A DNA stretch of 54,784 nt, the filler included, from Sphacelaria rigidula (lineage: Eukaryota), in assembly GCA_964200075.2 (NCBI GenBank). It is 5 parts of 5 records of this genome, joined end to end, with 100 filler letters (N's around TTAATTAATTAA, not from the genome) between each part and the next. Parts side by side here need not be neighbours in the genome. Positions count along the whole stretch, not along the records: positions 21,958 to 32,834 come from CAXNAA020005752.1; positions 32,935 to 43,810 come from CAXNAA020005753.1; 3 more parts are not named here. The stretch is one strand, 5' to 3'. Position 1 is the stretch's first letter, and each line of letters starts with the position of its first letter. The notes beneath the pieces were generated by a model. It did not search any database, had not been told where the DNA came from, and worked only from the letters and a program-made list of their open reading frames with translations. The position numbers and the translations under genes were made by a program. Below, in pieces: positions 23,464-34,688 of this stretch.

Positions 23464-24700
23464 CTACGCACGATGAAAAGTGCTTCCCAGGCTTCCGTGT
23501 TGCACGTCTCGCCTGTAGGCTACAATGGGAAATATCCGACTCGCTGAAAACTCTAGTCCCCGACGAACGATCGAGGCCTAGATAGAATGACCCGCATACG
23601 GTGCACCAACCAATTTTTCGCACCAGATGTCGTCCAAAGAGCTTGGATCTCAAGTGATCAATCCGGCATCGAAGCCGCCGAGCAGGTTGGCTAAAAACTC
23701 CCCAGTCCGTAGAACTCTCCACACAGATGTTCGAAGGTCCCTTGATCTGAATGCTCGATGACGTTGCTCCCAAAGGTACCCTGCACTAGCTCCGCGCTGG
23801 AACGAGGCCCATAACCTGTGAAGGATGTGTTGTCGTACGCTCACAAGTAGCTGCAGTAGACTGACGCTGGGACCTGCCGAGCTAGCTGATACATTGGTGT
23901 TGAGCGGGTATGTATATGACCAACACCGACTCGTAAAAAACAATGGACTGATGGAATCCGTGCTCAGAGCTTGGGGAAGTGAAGTCTAAAAGAGTTATCA
24001 AATATCTAGATCATACTGTGCTGTTTTCAAAACCTGACCATACTGTTCCAGACGACACATTCAACATACGAGAACTTCAATCAACAGCGGTTACCCCACA
24101 TAGGCACTGAACGGAACATACTATCTGCTCTATGCTACTGGACATTGCCTGGATGGGCTATGCCAACGCCTATTCCTAACAAAGGCTCCTCACTGTGGGG
24201 TGCAAATTGCACCTGGGGTGCCAAGAAAAGTCCAACAGCCACGTTCCAGGTGTCCCTAGCATGTGCCACGTGCACCGACTGAGGTGCCACTACAGGTGTC
24301 TCGCACTCGAGGTCCCGGTATTTTTCACAGGGATGTGAAATATACCGGGAGCATCGAGTTTGAGACACCTCTACTAACCCTGACTCTAATTTTTGCGCCC
24401 CTGGGACTATCAGGCCAGCTCCGAACGCTGCGTTTACCACCTATCACTACATTTGTCGACTCAAAAGTTACCAGAGCCAGTCACCATGCTTTAGTATTTA
24501 TGGGTTTGATCGAATCCAAGTTTGATGGCTGCCCGCCTATGCACTGTCAGCCCTACCTGACAGACCCCATGGTATACTTTGCTGCTTCTGGAGTACAGTC
24601 TCATGGCGCCAGATGTGGAGAAAGTCTGGAGACGCTTTGTTCGGCACTGTCCAACCCTGTGTCGATCTGCTTCTGGATTCAATTGCCACTGTGGTTCCAG

Positions 24701-27142
24701 GTATGCGAAGTATGACCAGTGGAATGTGGTGGATACCATGACGATTGTGGTGCTGATTGCCGCCTTCGTGTTCCGAATACTGGGGCGACGAGAGGCTCGG
24801 TGGACTGTGAGTACGAACGAAGATGGGAATTGGTTCTTCGTGGCCCAGGTTTTGCTTGCGATAAGTGGACCTCTGCTGTTCGCTAGGATGCTCGTCCTGT
24901 CGCAGGTGGACACCACGCTCGGGCCCATGACGCAGGCAAGTTCACGTATTCCAATTGGGTAATGTTCGTTATGAGTGAGCGCTGACTGATGACTTTGTGA
25001 GAATTGTGGGCGTCGTGAAAAACGTGAATCGCGAGGTTCATTTAGCTATTAGACTATCGTACTGTAATTTTCACGTCAGAGTTGCCGTCCCTGTAGCCAG
25101 CGCTGATCTTTGACCGCTGTCAGTACCATTCTGGCGTTTGTACAAAATCGATTGATTGATCGATTGATTATATCACATTAGCCGATTGCAACAATCCAGC
25201 CCGTGGTCAGGAACAGCAAAAAGGAACAGAATAAGAAAAAGAAAAGAGGGAAATAAACAGAAAAATACCGAAGCATCAACCACAGAAAGGAAAGAAGAAA
25301 GGCAGCAACGACAACAACAAAAGTAACACCACCACCACCACCACCACCAACAACAACAACAGCAGCAAGGACAACAACGAACAAACACACACAAACACAA
25401 ACACAAATACACACAAGATGATTATCTCGCACCGCGTAGCTGATTGCAACACTCCAGCCCGTGGTCAGAAAAAACAAAGAGAAAAAAATGAAAGAAGAGA
25501 AAAAATCGAAGGATTAAACGTTGAGAAAGGCATACAAGAGACAACAAGATAGAGCTAGGCTCGATCTGGGGGGGAGGGAAGGGGAGTGCACAGACGAAAT
25601 AAGAAAACAGGCAAGAAACCACCGGAACAAGATATAGACAAAATACACAGCATCTATTGAACTTTCATCCTGACATCGTACATCGTACTCATTTCAATGG
25701 TTCCGTATCTGCCGCAACACATCTGTGCGCCATGCTGGATAGATAATCTGGAGGATGGTGTTCCAGCTTTGCAGATACGCGGTGTTCATCATCATCGTCA
25801 TGGGAAGCTTCGCGCTGGCGTTTTACGCCATCTTCTTCGATTGTCCGACGCCCGGAGGGAACGTCGAAGAAAATCCCCTCCAAGAAGCGTTCGGCACTGT
25901 TGGTTCTGCGCTCATCAGCATGTTCGAGGCGGGGCTTGGTGAATTTGACTTCGAGATTTTCGACTTTGTCACGGAATACTGTGGCCGTCCACCGTGGGTC
26001 CGACACGCCGGAATATTCTTGATGGTGGTGTACCTGATTATCATGGCGGTCTTACTCATGAACCTGCTGATTGCGGTGAGGACGCTGTTTTCACCAAAAC
26101 ATGTGTTTCGTCTCTTTTCAGTGTTACCAGACTTTTGAGTCGGGGTATTCTCTGACATGGAGATGTGATGTAGAGCAGAGCGGGCCAACACGTGATCCCT
26201 GTGTCATGTTCAGCGCGTATTTCGGGCCAATGGTGCATGGTGTGGGCAATGTGTACGTGCACTCGGTGGTACTGTTTAATCCAATAGTTTCTACCAGCTC
26301 TGCAAACTCGGGTTCCGAACAGTGACCGCACTAAAGGATTTAGTCGCATTTCGGACAGCTCGTGAGCTACCTGAATATCACCTCTTACTAGTGTACTGAT
26401 CCGGATATTGAGCTAACTTATTTGGCTCCTTTTTCTACATGTGCTTCCTACATCGCTGGACACCGAACACGCGGAGTAGCGCAAGGGTTGCGCTTTGGCT
26501 TCTCGGACCCTGTTGTCACGTGTTCTGTGCCTTTGGGCATGGGATCTGGGGGGCCTCTTCGATCACTTATTTTAGGTAGCTCATCAGCTGTGAGATGTGT
26601 GGTTATGGTCATTGGAGTGCATAGCACCACTTGTAAACGCGAGCATAACCCTATCGACCAATTTGGGATTCCATGTATTGCAGCATATCCAGTACTCATA
26701 CTCGTACCGGTGTGCGATATGTGTAACTTCTCTCGTGTCACAGGTTCTCAGCACAGCCCACGCCGATGTTAACAAGGAAAAGATAAAACATTTCAACTTG
26801 GCCAGAACGAGGCTCATCCAGCAGAGCGCACGGGCCGTGGCATACCGTCGAGTCCCTCCGCCATTGAATCTGGTGATGGTGGCGGTCGGAATCTTGTTGG
26901 ATTCGTTCGGGGAGATTCGGCAGATTCTCCACCGTTGTTGGCCGAATCGGCAGGGATCTGCGCTGAGTGTAAAGCCCATTACGGCAACGTACCGCTATCG
27001 TACAGTGGACGGAGGGGTGCAGAGGATCTGTTTCGCATTAACTATGGGCATCGTTGCAGTGATAATATCTTCAATCCTCTGGATGATGTCCACACCCTGG
27101 ATCGGCTGGAAGATCCTCTGCTGGATTCAGGAACCCAAGACT
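24701..27142 (+). CDS. Partial TRP-type cation channel (S3-S6, pore, TRP-box region); exons 24701-24935, 25743-26075, 26744-27142; a further exon probably lies near 27424-27601
   Basis: WNVVD (S3), LGPMTQ|IIWRM (S4-S5 linker), pore 'FGTVGSALISMFEAGLGEFDF', S6 'AVLLMNLLIA|VLSTAH', TRP-box-like HFNLARTRLI and PPPLNL. All junctions are in phase 0; the first donor is CAG|gcaagt. Confidence 0.88.
25148..25630 (-). mobile_element. Two tandem non-LTR retroelement 3' ends with T-rich body, simple repeats and (CAAT)n tail, in a TRP intron
   Basis: On the minus strand, CTGACCACGGGCTGGA..GTTGCAATC.GCTA occurs twice (25179-25210, 25437-25468), and the first copy is followed by AATCAATCGATCAATC. A related end is at 50325-50395. 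Confidence 0.55.
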
Positions 27143-30100
27143 GTGAGTGTGGTAGGACGTCTGTGTTGCTTGAGGTCTGGACATGTATACGGAAAGCCAA
27201 GAGACTGAACCAAATATCGGTATAATCAGCACGCCATGAGAGGTACAAGCGACACGCACATACAGAATTCCATACGTTACTTGCTCCGATGGATTGAAAA
27301 GACTGCCCAACCGCAAGCGGAGTCATTTACAACAGCTGTTTGTGGACCTGCCTCCAGTCTAGCAAGCTACAGGGTACCCTATCTCCCACCCACCCCTGCA
27401 CATGTTGCTGATAGTCTCCATAGAGTTTGGGATCGCAGTCGCATGGCACTTTGAGTAGTTATCCCGTTCCGTGCTGCTTGGCGTTATCATCCCGGGCGAC
27501 AGACGAAGAGAGCGAAGACAGCGATTGGTAACTTTTACAGGATGGTGGAGAACAAGGCGTGCGGCAGATGCAGGCAAAGGATTCTCGAGAGAATGCTGTC
27601 GGTGAGTGTGGCGAGGGTGGGTGATAAGAGCGGAGCCATAGCGAAGTGAGCTGTTTTACCTCTTCTACTGGATCGTCACAGATTTGAAATGTGCCAAGAT
27701 ACTCGCCAGTAGGGTGGATAAGAAATGAGGCAGTATGTTTGCCGGGGCGTATGCCTAAATCTTGTCTTTTTTTGTTTTGCCCCCCGCTATGCTCGACGTA
27801 ATACAACCAAAATAAATGGTGACGATCTGACGGCGAATCCGACCGCCTTTAGACATACCCCAGGGTCCCCCTTGAATTGGAAGCAGGGCATCATAGCGTC
27901 AGAGGCTGGAGTTTGAACGGTGGGGGATTAGTGGGTGGTATCTAGATCATGTTGGCTACCCCTAGGTGCATTTCGTCTTGCTTCAGTACGGAGATATCAA
28001 CCAAGCTCCAAGACAAACTCGTGGCCAAACCTGAGTGTAGACTGCAGAAGACCAAATCATGTGGGTTTGGTGTACAGGTGTATGGCAATACTTGAACTTT
28101 GACCGGGTCAATAATCGCTTGGATCGAATATGACTGGTCTTGATCACTCGACTTTATTATAATTAGTCGATCTTCAAGTAAACTCTAATACTGCATGAGG
28201 TGAGAGTACAAGAACCAAATCGCTCAGTGTACCTGTACACAAATTACGTGGTACTATTGTTGGCCCGCCGATTGCATGGACAAAGCATAGACGGTCTATC
28301 ACTTCATTACAGTACTGAGTCCATATCTAAGACAAGAGCCAAACCGAACGGGCGTAAGTGTTGTGCTTTATTTGTGGCACCATAAAAAACCCAGTGACGA
28401 CGTCTGGGTTTCACTGGTGCGGAGTTTTTAACGGTTTCCTACTGGGCAGATGTTCACTCGTTGTTGGGGTTGAAGACACAGTTGATCTGGTGTACGATGC
28501 CTTGACCATGGTTGTGGTCGTAGTAGCGTTCTGGTCCATGGATGATTCTGTGAGTGTTCGAAGCCGGCAGGATGTTGAAGCTTTGCAGAATTTGCGATTG
28601 TTGGTGGATATGTGTCTGGTCAACGTAAGTAGATGACACGTAGGTTTTAGGTTACCGCTAGGAACTCTCAAGTTCCCGTCTATGATTGAGCATCACCATC
28701 GCTGACTACTTAGCCGACCTCTCCTGCACTAACAGCCCTTGTAGAGTAGAAATAAATACACGCTACCCATCAGGATGTTGAGTTTCTCCGCCAGAAATTC
28801 CCGTCGTTGCCGTTGGGTGTTCCAGTGTCCGCCGAACCAGATATAGTTCGAGTGACTGTTCTGATCAGGGAAATGTAACATATCTTTTATGCATCTTTAT
28901 TTAAAGCTCAAATACCGCTGCCATGGAAAGGTGCTTCTCGTGTGAGCCGAGACTTGAGCTCCTTACCAGACAAATATTCACACGTAGGTTGCGCCCAAGT
29001 TTGTATCCTGGGAAAATGGAGGCTAGCCAGCGTCTCTTGCATTACCTGGAATACTATCATAGAGTACGAATACTTGATCATTTGGGTTTGGTATATCTGC
29101 ATAAAATTGCTGAAATTTTGTGTGGAACGCTCATCACTTGGGCCAAGTACAGACGGTATAAATCACCGAACCACAGTGTCCACCTTCTACTTCATGAATA
29201 ACATTCATGCCAATGTGTTACCGTCTGAAAATACATCAGTTCCCGTGTAACCTGCAGGTATTGTGTTGCCAGTTGGTTGATATCCAAAGCAATCGCCAAA
29301 ACTACTTGGCTTTAGATACAGAAGGAAATATTATTTTGACCTATTGCACCTATTGGCGCATTACTCTAGTTTAGAATGTGCCGCTCTTAGACTCCCAAAA
29401 ATTGCTCTTTCTTCTACTTTCAGGGATGGGGAGGGGAGGGGGGCTACGAGGTCCGAAATCCCATCGTCTACGCTCCCCTCTTGATACGTTTTATTGTGTG
29501 GGTTGCTTGTTGGTGGTTCTCGGTGCATGGGCATCTATCAGCAGATGCAAATTTCTACCTACAGACTTCCTAGGAGGTATTCTCCGTGATGAAAATCAAA
29601 AGGTTTCAGGTGACGTGCCACTCGAGCTATAAGCATTAGGAGCCAAGGTTTTTAGGAGAGGGATACATCGACCGTTCGAAGCTAATCACTCATTTTATTT
29701 ATTTATTTTGGAAAATTGCGCTCATTTGCCTGAACTTCAGGTAGAAGAACCCTGGATTTCCTTGAAGCCCTAGAAAGACGGGAAAATTGCCGTAAATTAC
29801 AGCTTTTGAAAGATCGCCGTGCCCACCATCTCGTTTTATGTTGGGATCTCCCTCAATGGTTTGTGTCAATAGAGAGGTCCGGAAGATATTATTAGAGAGT
29901 CTCGGAATATTTGTTTCTCGTCATTGAGTCAGTGCAGAGTGGAAGCTTTGAAACTTCAGAGTCGACGCTAAAACGTTCATAGCGGAAGCTGATTTGACGT
30001 GGCTTCATGTGATTTTTTTTGTCGCAATTATTGACCACAGGTTGCCCCGCCAAATGTACCATCGACGACACACGTGGCCATTCGGCTCCCCTTTGAAAAT

Positions 30101-30804
30101 CTTCTATCGTGACTTTCATCCTCTGAAGGGAAAAAATGACTCCCTGGAGGATGAAATACCCTCTGGTGGTCCATGATACCTCTGGAGTGCGCAGTAAACG
30201 AAGTAGCCGGAGAGCACATGATTCCTCTGAGCACATAAGTTTACTGAGGGTGTAAGTGTGAGCAAAAAATAAAAAACTGTACGTAGAGAACACATATAGT
30301 CCTGCGCTGTCTGTACTTTGCATTTCCCGCTACCCTTTCACGCACTAATTACTGTGCTGCAGTTGTGCGGATATGCTGCAAGAACGCTCGTGTGAACTAC
30401 AGTTCCTGACGGTATAACACTCCTATATATCCAAATAAGCTGCAGGCATCCACATTGTATAGCCATCCGTAGCGCATATGCCGCGCTAACTCTGCAGTAT
30501 AGGCACCGCATGTATGAGCACGGTATGGCACTGTCCTGCATGATATTGTTCAGTCCAGAATATAGTTTATTGTTGTGATTATATATCCACATCAAAGTAT
30601 AGTATGAACCGCGATGAGATTTTTTCGCGTTTTCAAACAAAAACATATTTCGCGTGTTGTTTCAGTAGACATTGGACTGCGGAGTTTTTATGACCCAAGT
30701 GTATACATTTGCAAGTTGTGTACTGACAGTTCACCATCACCACGGCTGCAGCTAAAGCTTGATGCTCCGAAGCACAGCCGTGTGGACATACGCTCGCCAT
30801 CAGT

Positions 30805-31190
30805 GTATGAGATTTGTATACAGCGGAGGCTGTTGGGTTTGAGGTATTCTATTCCTTTGCTCAGTTGATATATGAATTGGGGGGCAAAAGGATGAATTTT
30901 CACTAATTTCTGCTGCTACTCGAATCTCACCCGCTGAATACGGTGCAGTATGTGGGACTTGAACAGCAGAAGCTGCTCGCAAAAAAGTTCTTTTGTGGCC
31001 CAACTTCAGAATGAATTGGCGGGCAAAATGGCGTTTTATATCACACAGCTTCTGCTGTAGACAAATCCCATATGCCAGTGTATAAAAGATTTGCACAGCC
31101 CCTGCTGTTCGAAAGAAAGCCTTTATGCCCGATTAATTTGAAATCGAGCATAAAGGCTTTATTTCGAACAGCAGAGGCTGTTCAGATTCC
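30805..31190. repeat. Array of three tandem hairpin units (second copy), part of a repeat spanning ~30670-31190
   Basis: Units at ~30805-30930, ~30948-31072 and ~31081-31190. The last has 40-nt arms (31095-31134 and 31142-31181) with 3 mismatches and a 7-nt loop. The linker CCCATATGCCAGTGT is shared with 11708-11721. Confidence 0.88.
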
Positions 31191-31449
31191 GGATTTCCAG
31201 AGCACTTGTGCCTTCAAAAACAATCCAGAGGATTCCGACATCAACAGAATCCCCCTTGAGGGGGAACTTGACCCCCAGAGGACGCGGTATCGTTGAAAAC
31301 CCTCTGAAGGATTGCGAACGCCTAATATCCTCCAGAGGGGAGTTTCAAAACAGACGTCAGCTGGGGTGACGATTCAAACTTCCACTACAGGGTAGCTGAA
31401 TGGCCGCATGTGTAGCGTCCAGTTCGAAAACGCGTAGGCCGGCACAGCG

Positions 31450-31700
31450 CTGACTGTACCGTACCCTGCGGCACCGTACGTACCGTACACCACGCTTCAC
31501 TGCACCTACAGTACTTTAGTCCACTACGGCGCAGTGCAGGGCACTGCAGTATGGTAGTGCTGTAGTGCTGTGCAGAGTGGAGTACAGTGCAGTACAGACA
31601 GTGCAATACAGAACCCTACAACAGTGCGTTGCAGTGCGGTGAGCTACATCTATATTGTACAGACAATCAGTCGTACGGTAGTACAGTACAGTAAGCAGCA
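31450..31700. repeat. Degenerate CAGTR/GTAC pentamer-like simple repeat
   Basis: Runs such as gtacagtgcagtacagacagtgcaatacag and gtagtacagtacagt. Confidence 0.6.
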
Positions 31701-32007
31701 CTATCAAACAATAGATAAGGCAGCATTGTGATGATTTTTCAACACGCCACCCATAACGGTGGTGCAAGACGTCACGATCTTCAACGGAATGGCAATGCAG
31801 CCAGGTGTAGTACTGCTCGTGCGCTGTAGACTACGAATCGTTCACACCGTCTTCTTCCAGCTGAAGCTGGTAAAAGTGAGGAACTATACCAAACGTAACC
31901 TCGTGTACCCGCCGAACATTTGAATTTTCACGCAATATAACCAAGCGAATGCCGATGCCGTGGCAGCGTCAGGGAGTCCTCCTGATTGCGACGCGAAGCG
32001 TTTCTAC

Positions 32008-32552
32008 TTCGTTAATGGCCCATTGTGAAGAGCATGGCAGTTGTGATGGATGGTGGATGTCCCACTTTGCTTGTTAATTTGTATTGATTTTGAACTGGCC
32101 GTGACCACAGTGGTGAAGGTGGGCGTGGTTCTTTTTCGGTCCGCTATGAACCCTGAAGAGGCACAACGGTTTCAGAGTGAAGAGATGCGAACGGCACTCT
32201 GACACTGGAAGGAGCGCTCAAACAAAAATCAAAGTGGAATATGCATCATTATCGGCTATTTTTGCTTCCACCCTGACTATGATAGGAAAAAACTTTTGCT
32301 TTCTTCTTCGTGAATGGCCGATTATTGTGCTGAGCATGGCAGTTGTGACGGGTATCCCGCTTTGTTTGTCATGGTGTATTGATTTTGAACTGACCGTGAC
32401 CACAGTGGTGAAGGTGGGGATATTTATTTTTCGTTCCGCTATGAACTCTGAAGAGGCACAACGGTTTTCAGAGTGAAGAGGTGCGCACGGCACTCTGACA
32501 CTGAAGGAATCGCTCTAAAAAAACAAACCACAGTGGAACGTGCACTGTTAAC
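32008..32552. repeat. Tandem duplication, ~300-bp period, two copies
   Basis: GAGCATGGCAGTTGTGA...GTATTGATTTTGAACTG.CCGTGACCACAGTGGTGAAGGTGGG...CTGAAGAGGCACAACGGTTT...GGCACTCTGACACTG occurs from ~32030 and ~32332. Confidence 0.9.
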
Positions 32553-32834
32553 ACTTTATTATTGAGATTCATAATAAGTTTCAGATTTGGAGTGGATGCT
32601 CTAGCGTTCCTAACAGGCAACTTTTATTTTATTTTATGTTTGAGCACACGTCCTGTGCATGCAGCCACCGTACAGTACCCCATTCGAGGAATTCGGCGGT
32701 CTGGTTAGTGAGATACCGCACAAAGCATTTTTACGCCTGGGGGCATTTCGGAACTGAAACTGTTTCAGGCACTAATCGGTTTTTCCTGAAAGAGGGGATC
32801 TTTTGTTGCAATGGACTGACTACGTCGTTGCGAT

Positions 32835-32934
32835 NNNNNNNNNNNNNNNNNNNNNNNNNNNNNNNNNNNNNNNNNNNNTTAATTAATTAANNNNNNNNNN
32901 NNNNNNNNNNNNNNNNNNNNNNNNNNNNNNNNNN
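32835..32934. other. Artificial contig spacer
   Basis: N44-TTAATTAATTAA-N44. Confidence 0.98.
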
Positions 32935-34688
32935 GCTCTTCCTATCGAATCTCATGAGCCCCCCCCCCCCCCCCGTAGGGCTGTGGCGCGGTCTCCAGGA
33001 AACGCCATGGCTCAGGCGCCTTTCTGGTGTTTTGTTGATCACCACACCAGTTTTTCCTTTCTGGTTCGCCGTCAACTCGCAATCAAATCTCGCCGACGGT
33101 AAAAACCGTGGCCCCGACGAAGTTGATTGTGTCTGACCTCGTCTGGCAGCCGCAATAGTTGGATTTTGAGCACTTGTCCCCTTTCCCCGGGCCAATTCAA
33201 GGCTTGAAGAATACGTTTGGATGTGGTGCCGGAGCTGGAAGATATGCCACCCTCTGCTGAGACACGGATATTCTTTGCTTTACTCTGGACGACGTCATAT
33301 TTTACCAACGTGGGAGTGAATGACGTGTCTGTTTTGGGTATGCAATACTTCTGTCTACCGGCTGTAATATTGGGAGAAGACCTTCACTGAACCGTTGCTT
33401 CAGCGGTTGCCTCACGCGCAGTGGTGGATCTCCAGAACCCGGTGATCTGGGAAACTCTCTAAACCCTCAAAATGGACCCTACGTGAACAGTTGTAACATG
33501 TGTCAAAAACGAGTGCTTTGGTTATACATCGATAGACATCATCTATGGGTTAGGGATTGGGTTCCACAGAATGAAGGGCATGTTTCGCATGCTGTCATCG
33601 GGGGTGGTGCTCTCAAACAGACGTGATCTAGCACCTCGGCTACACCCCGGAATACAATAGCCATTTCCAACTGAGTCCATGAAAATAGTATACCATGTGG
33701 AAAATAGATTGTACAGCAAGTAAAGGTATCACCTACGGCTTGCCATGACAGTGACATAACCCCCACCGTAGGAGCGATGATCCTCTATGCGTGGCTGTCC
33801 GGGAATCATATTTATGACGACCGTAGGTCTGAAGAAAACGGCTGTTGTGATGGTTGAGACAAGGTTGAATTTGTTACGCCAATCGAACATTCTTGACTTG
33901 ATTTTCATATATGCTGGTGCTCTCACAGTAAAAATATCAAGATCTCGGCAGTCAAAAAGCTTAACTGACGTTTTCCCGGCTGGCACTTGCATGCATTGCC
34001 CGACTCCTCCTTCTTTTCTTTTTCTCCCTAGGGGTCCTCGCCGCCGCCGTTCGCCCGTACGTCTGTGGGGCTAGATCTGGCCTCGGCGATGCTCGGTAGC
34101 GAGGGGTGCCTGGGAATAATCACCAGCGTCGTCGTAAAGGTTGTTCCGCTCCCGGAAGTATCGGAACATGCTTCTTTTTTCTTCGGGAATTTCTCGGTAA
34201 GTCCTCAACATCTCGAGTTCTGGAGATCTTGAGTTCACTTGCGTGGTGTGAGCGTATCTTTGCAGCTTGGCTTTTGGACTGCCTGGGTGTGCTCACCTGT
34301 TGAATGGACATCATCTTCATTTGACGTTGGAAAATAACCATGAGGCTCAGGTGTCCATCTGCGGACGCTGGAAGCTTTTGGGCTTGGACTACTAATAATT
34401 AATTGTAATGATTGTAATATTTTTGCTGAGATTGGAAAGTGAAGAGGTTTTACTCTTTCTTGAGAGACTTGAGTACAGCTCTCATTAAGCATACCCACCC
34501 ATACTAGTATCGAGGTAAAGCGCTAGAAGATAAAAGACATTGACCCTAGGAAGCGAAAACCTAGATACACGACGTTATTGACTCATTTTTCGCTTCAAGG
34601 TCATTTTTCAACCGCCCGATGTTGCAAACCTTTGTCCCTCGCGCAAATTCCTCAAAATATTTCATGCTTCTCGTTTCTCTTGTTTCAG

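Noticed and set aside
25173-25477. Cys/Trp-rich or Val/Gly-rich ORFs
   Set aside because: These are translations of microsatellite sequence within an intron.
28780-29250. Possible decayed protease or TE ORF on the minus strand (..QVFVLYDSIPG..)
   Set aside because: Multiple stops and no convincing catalytic motif.
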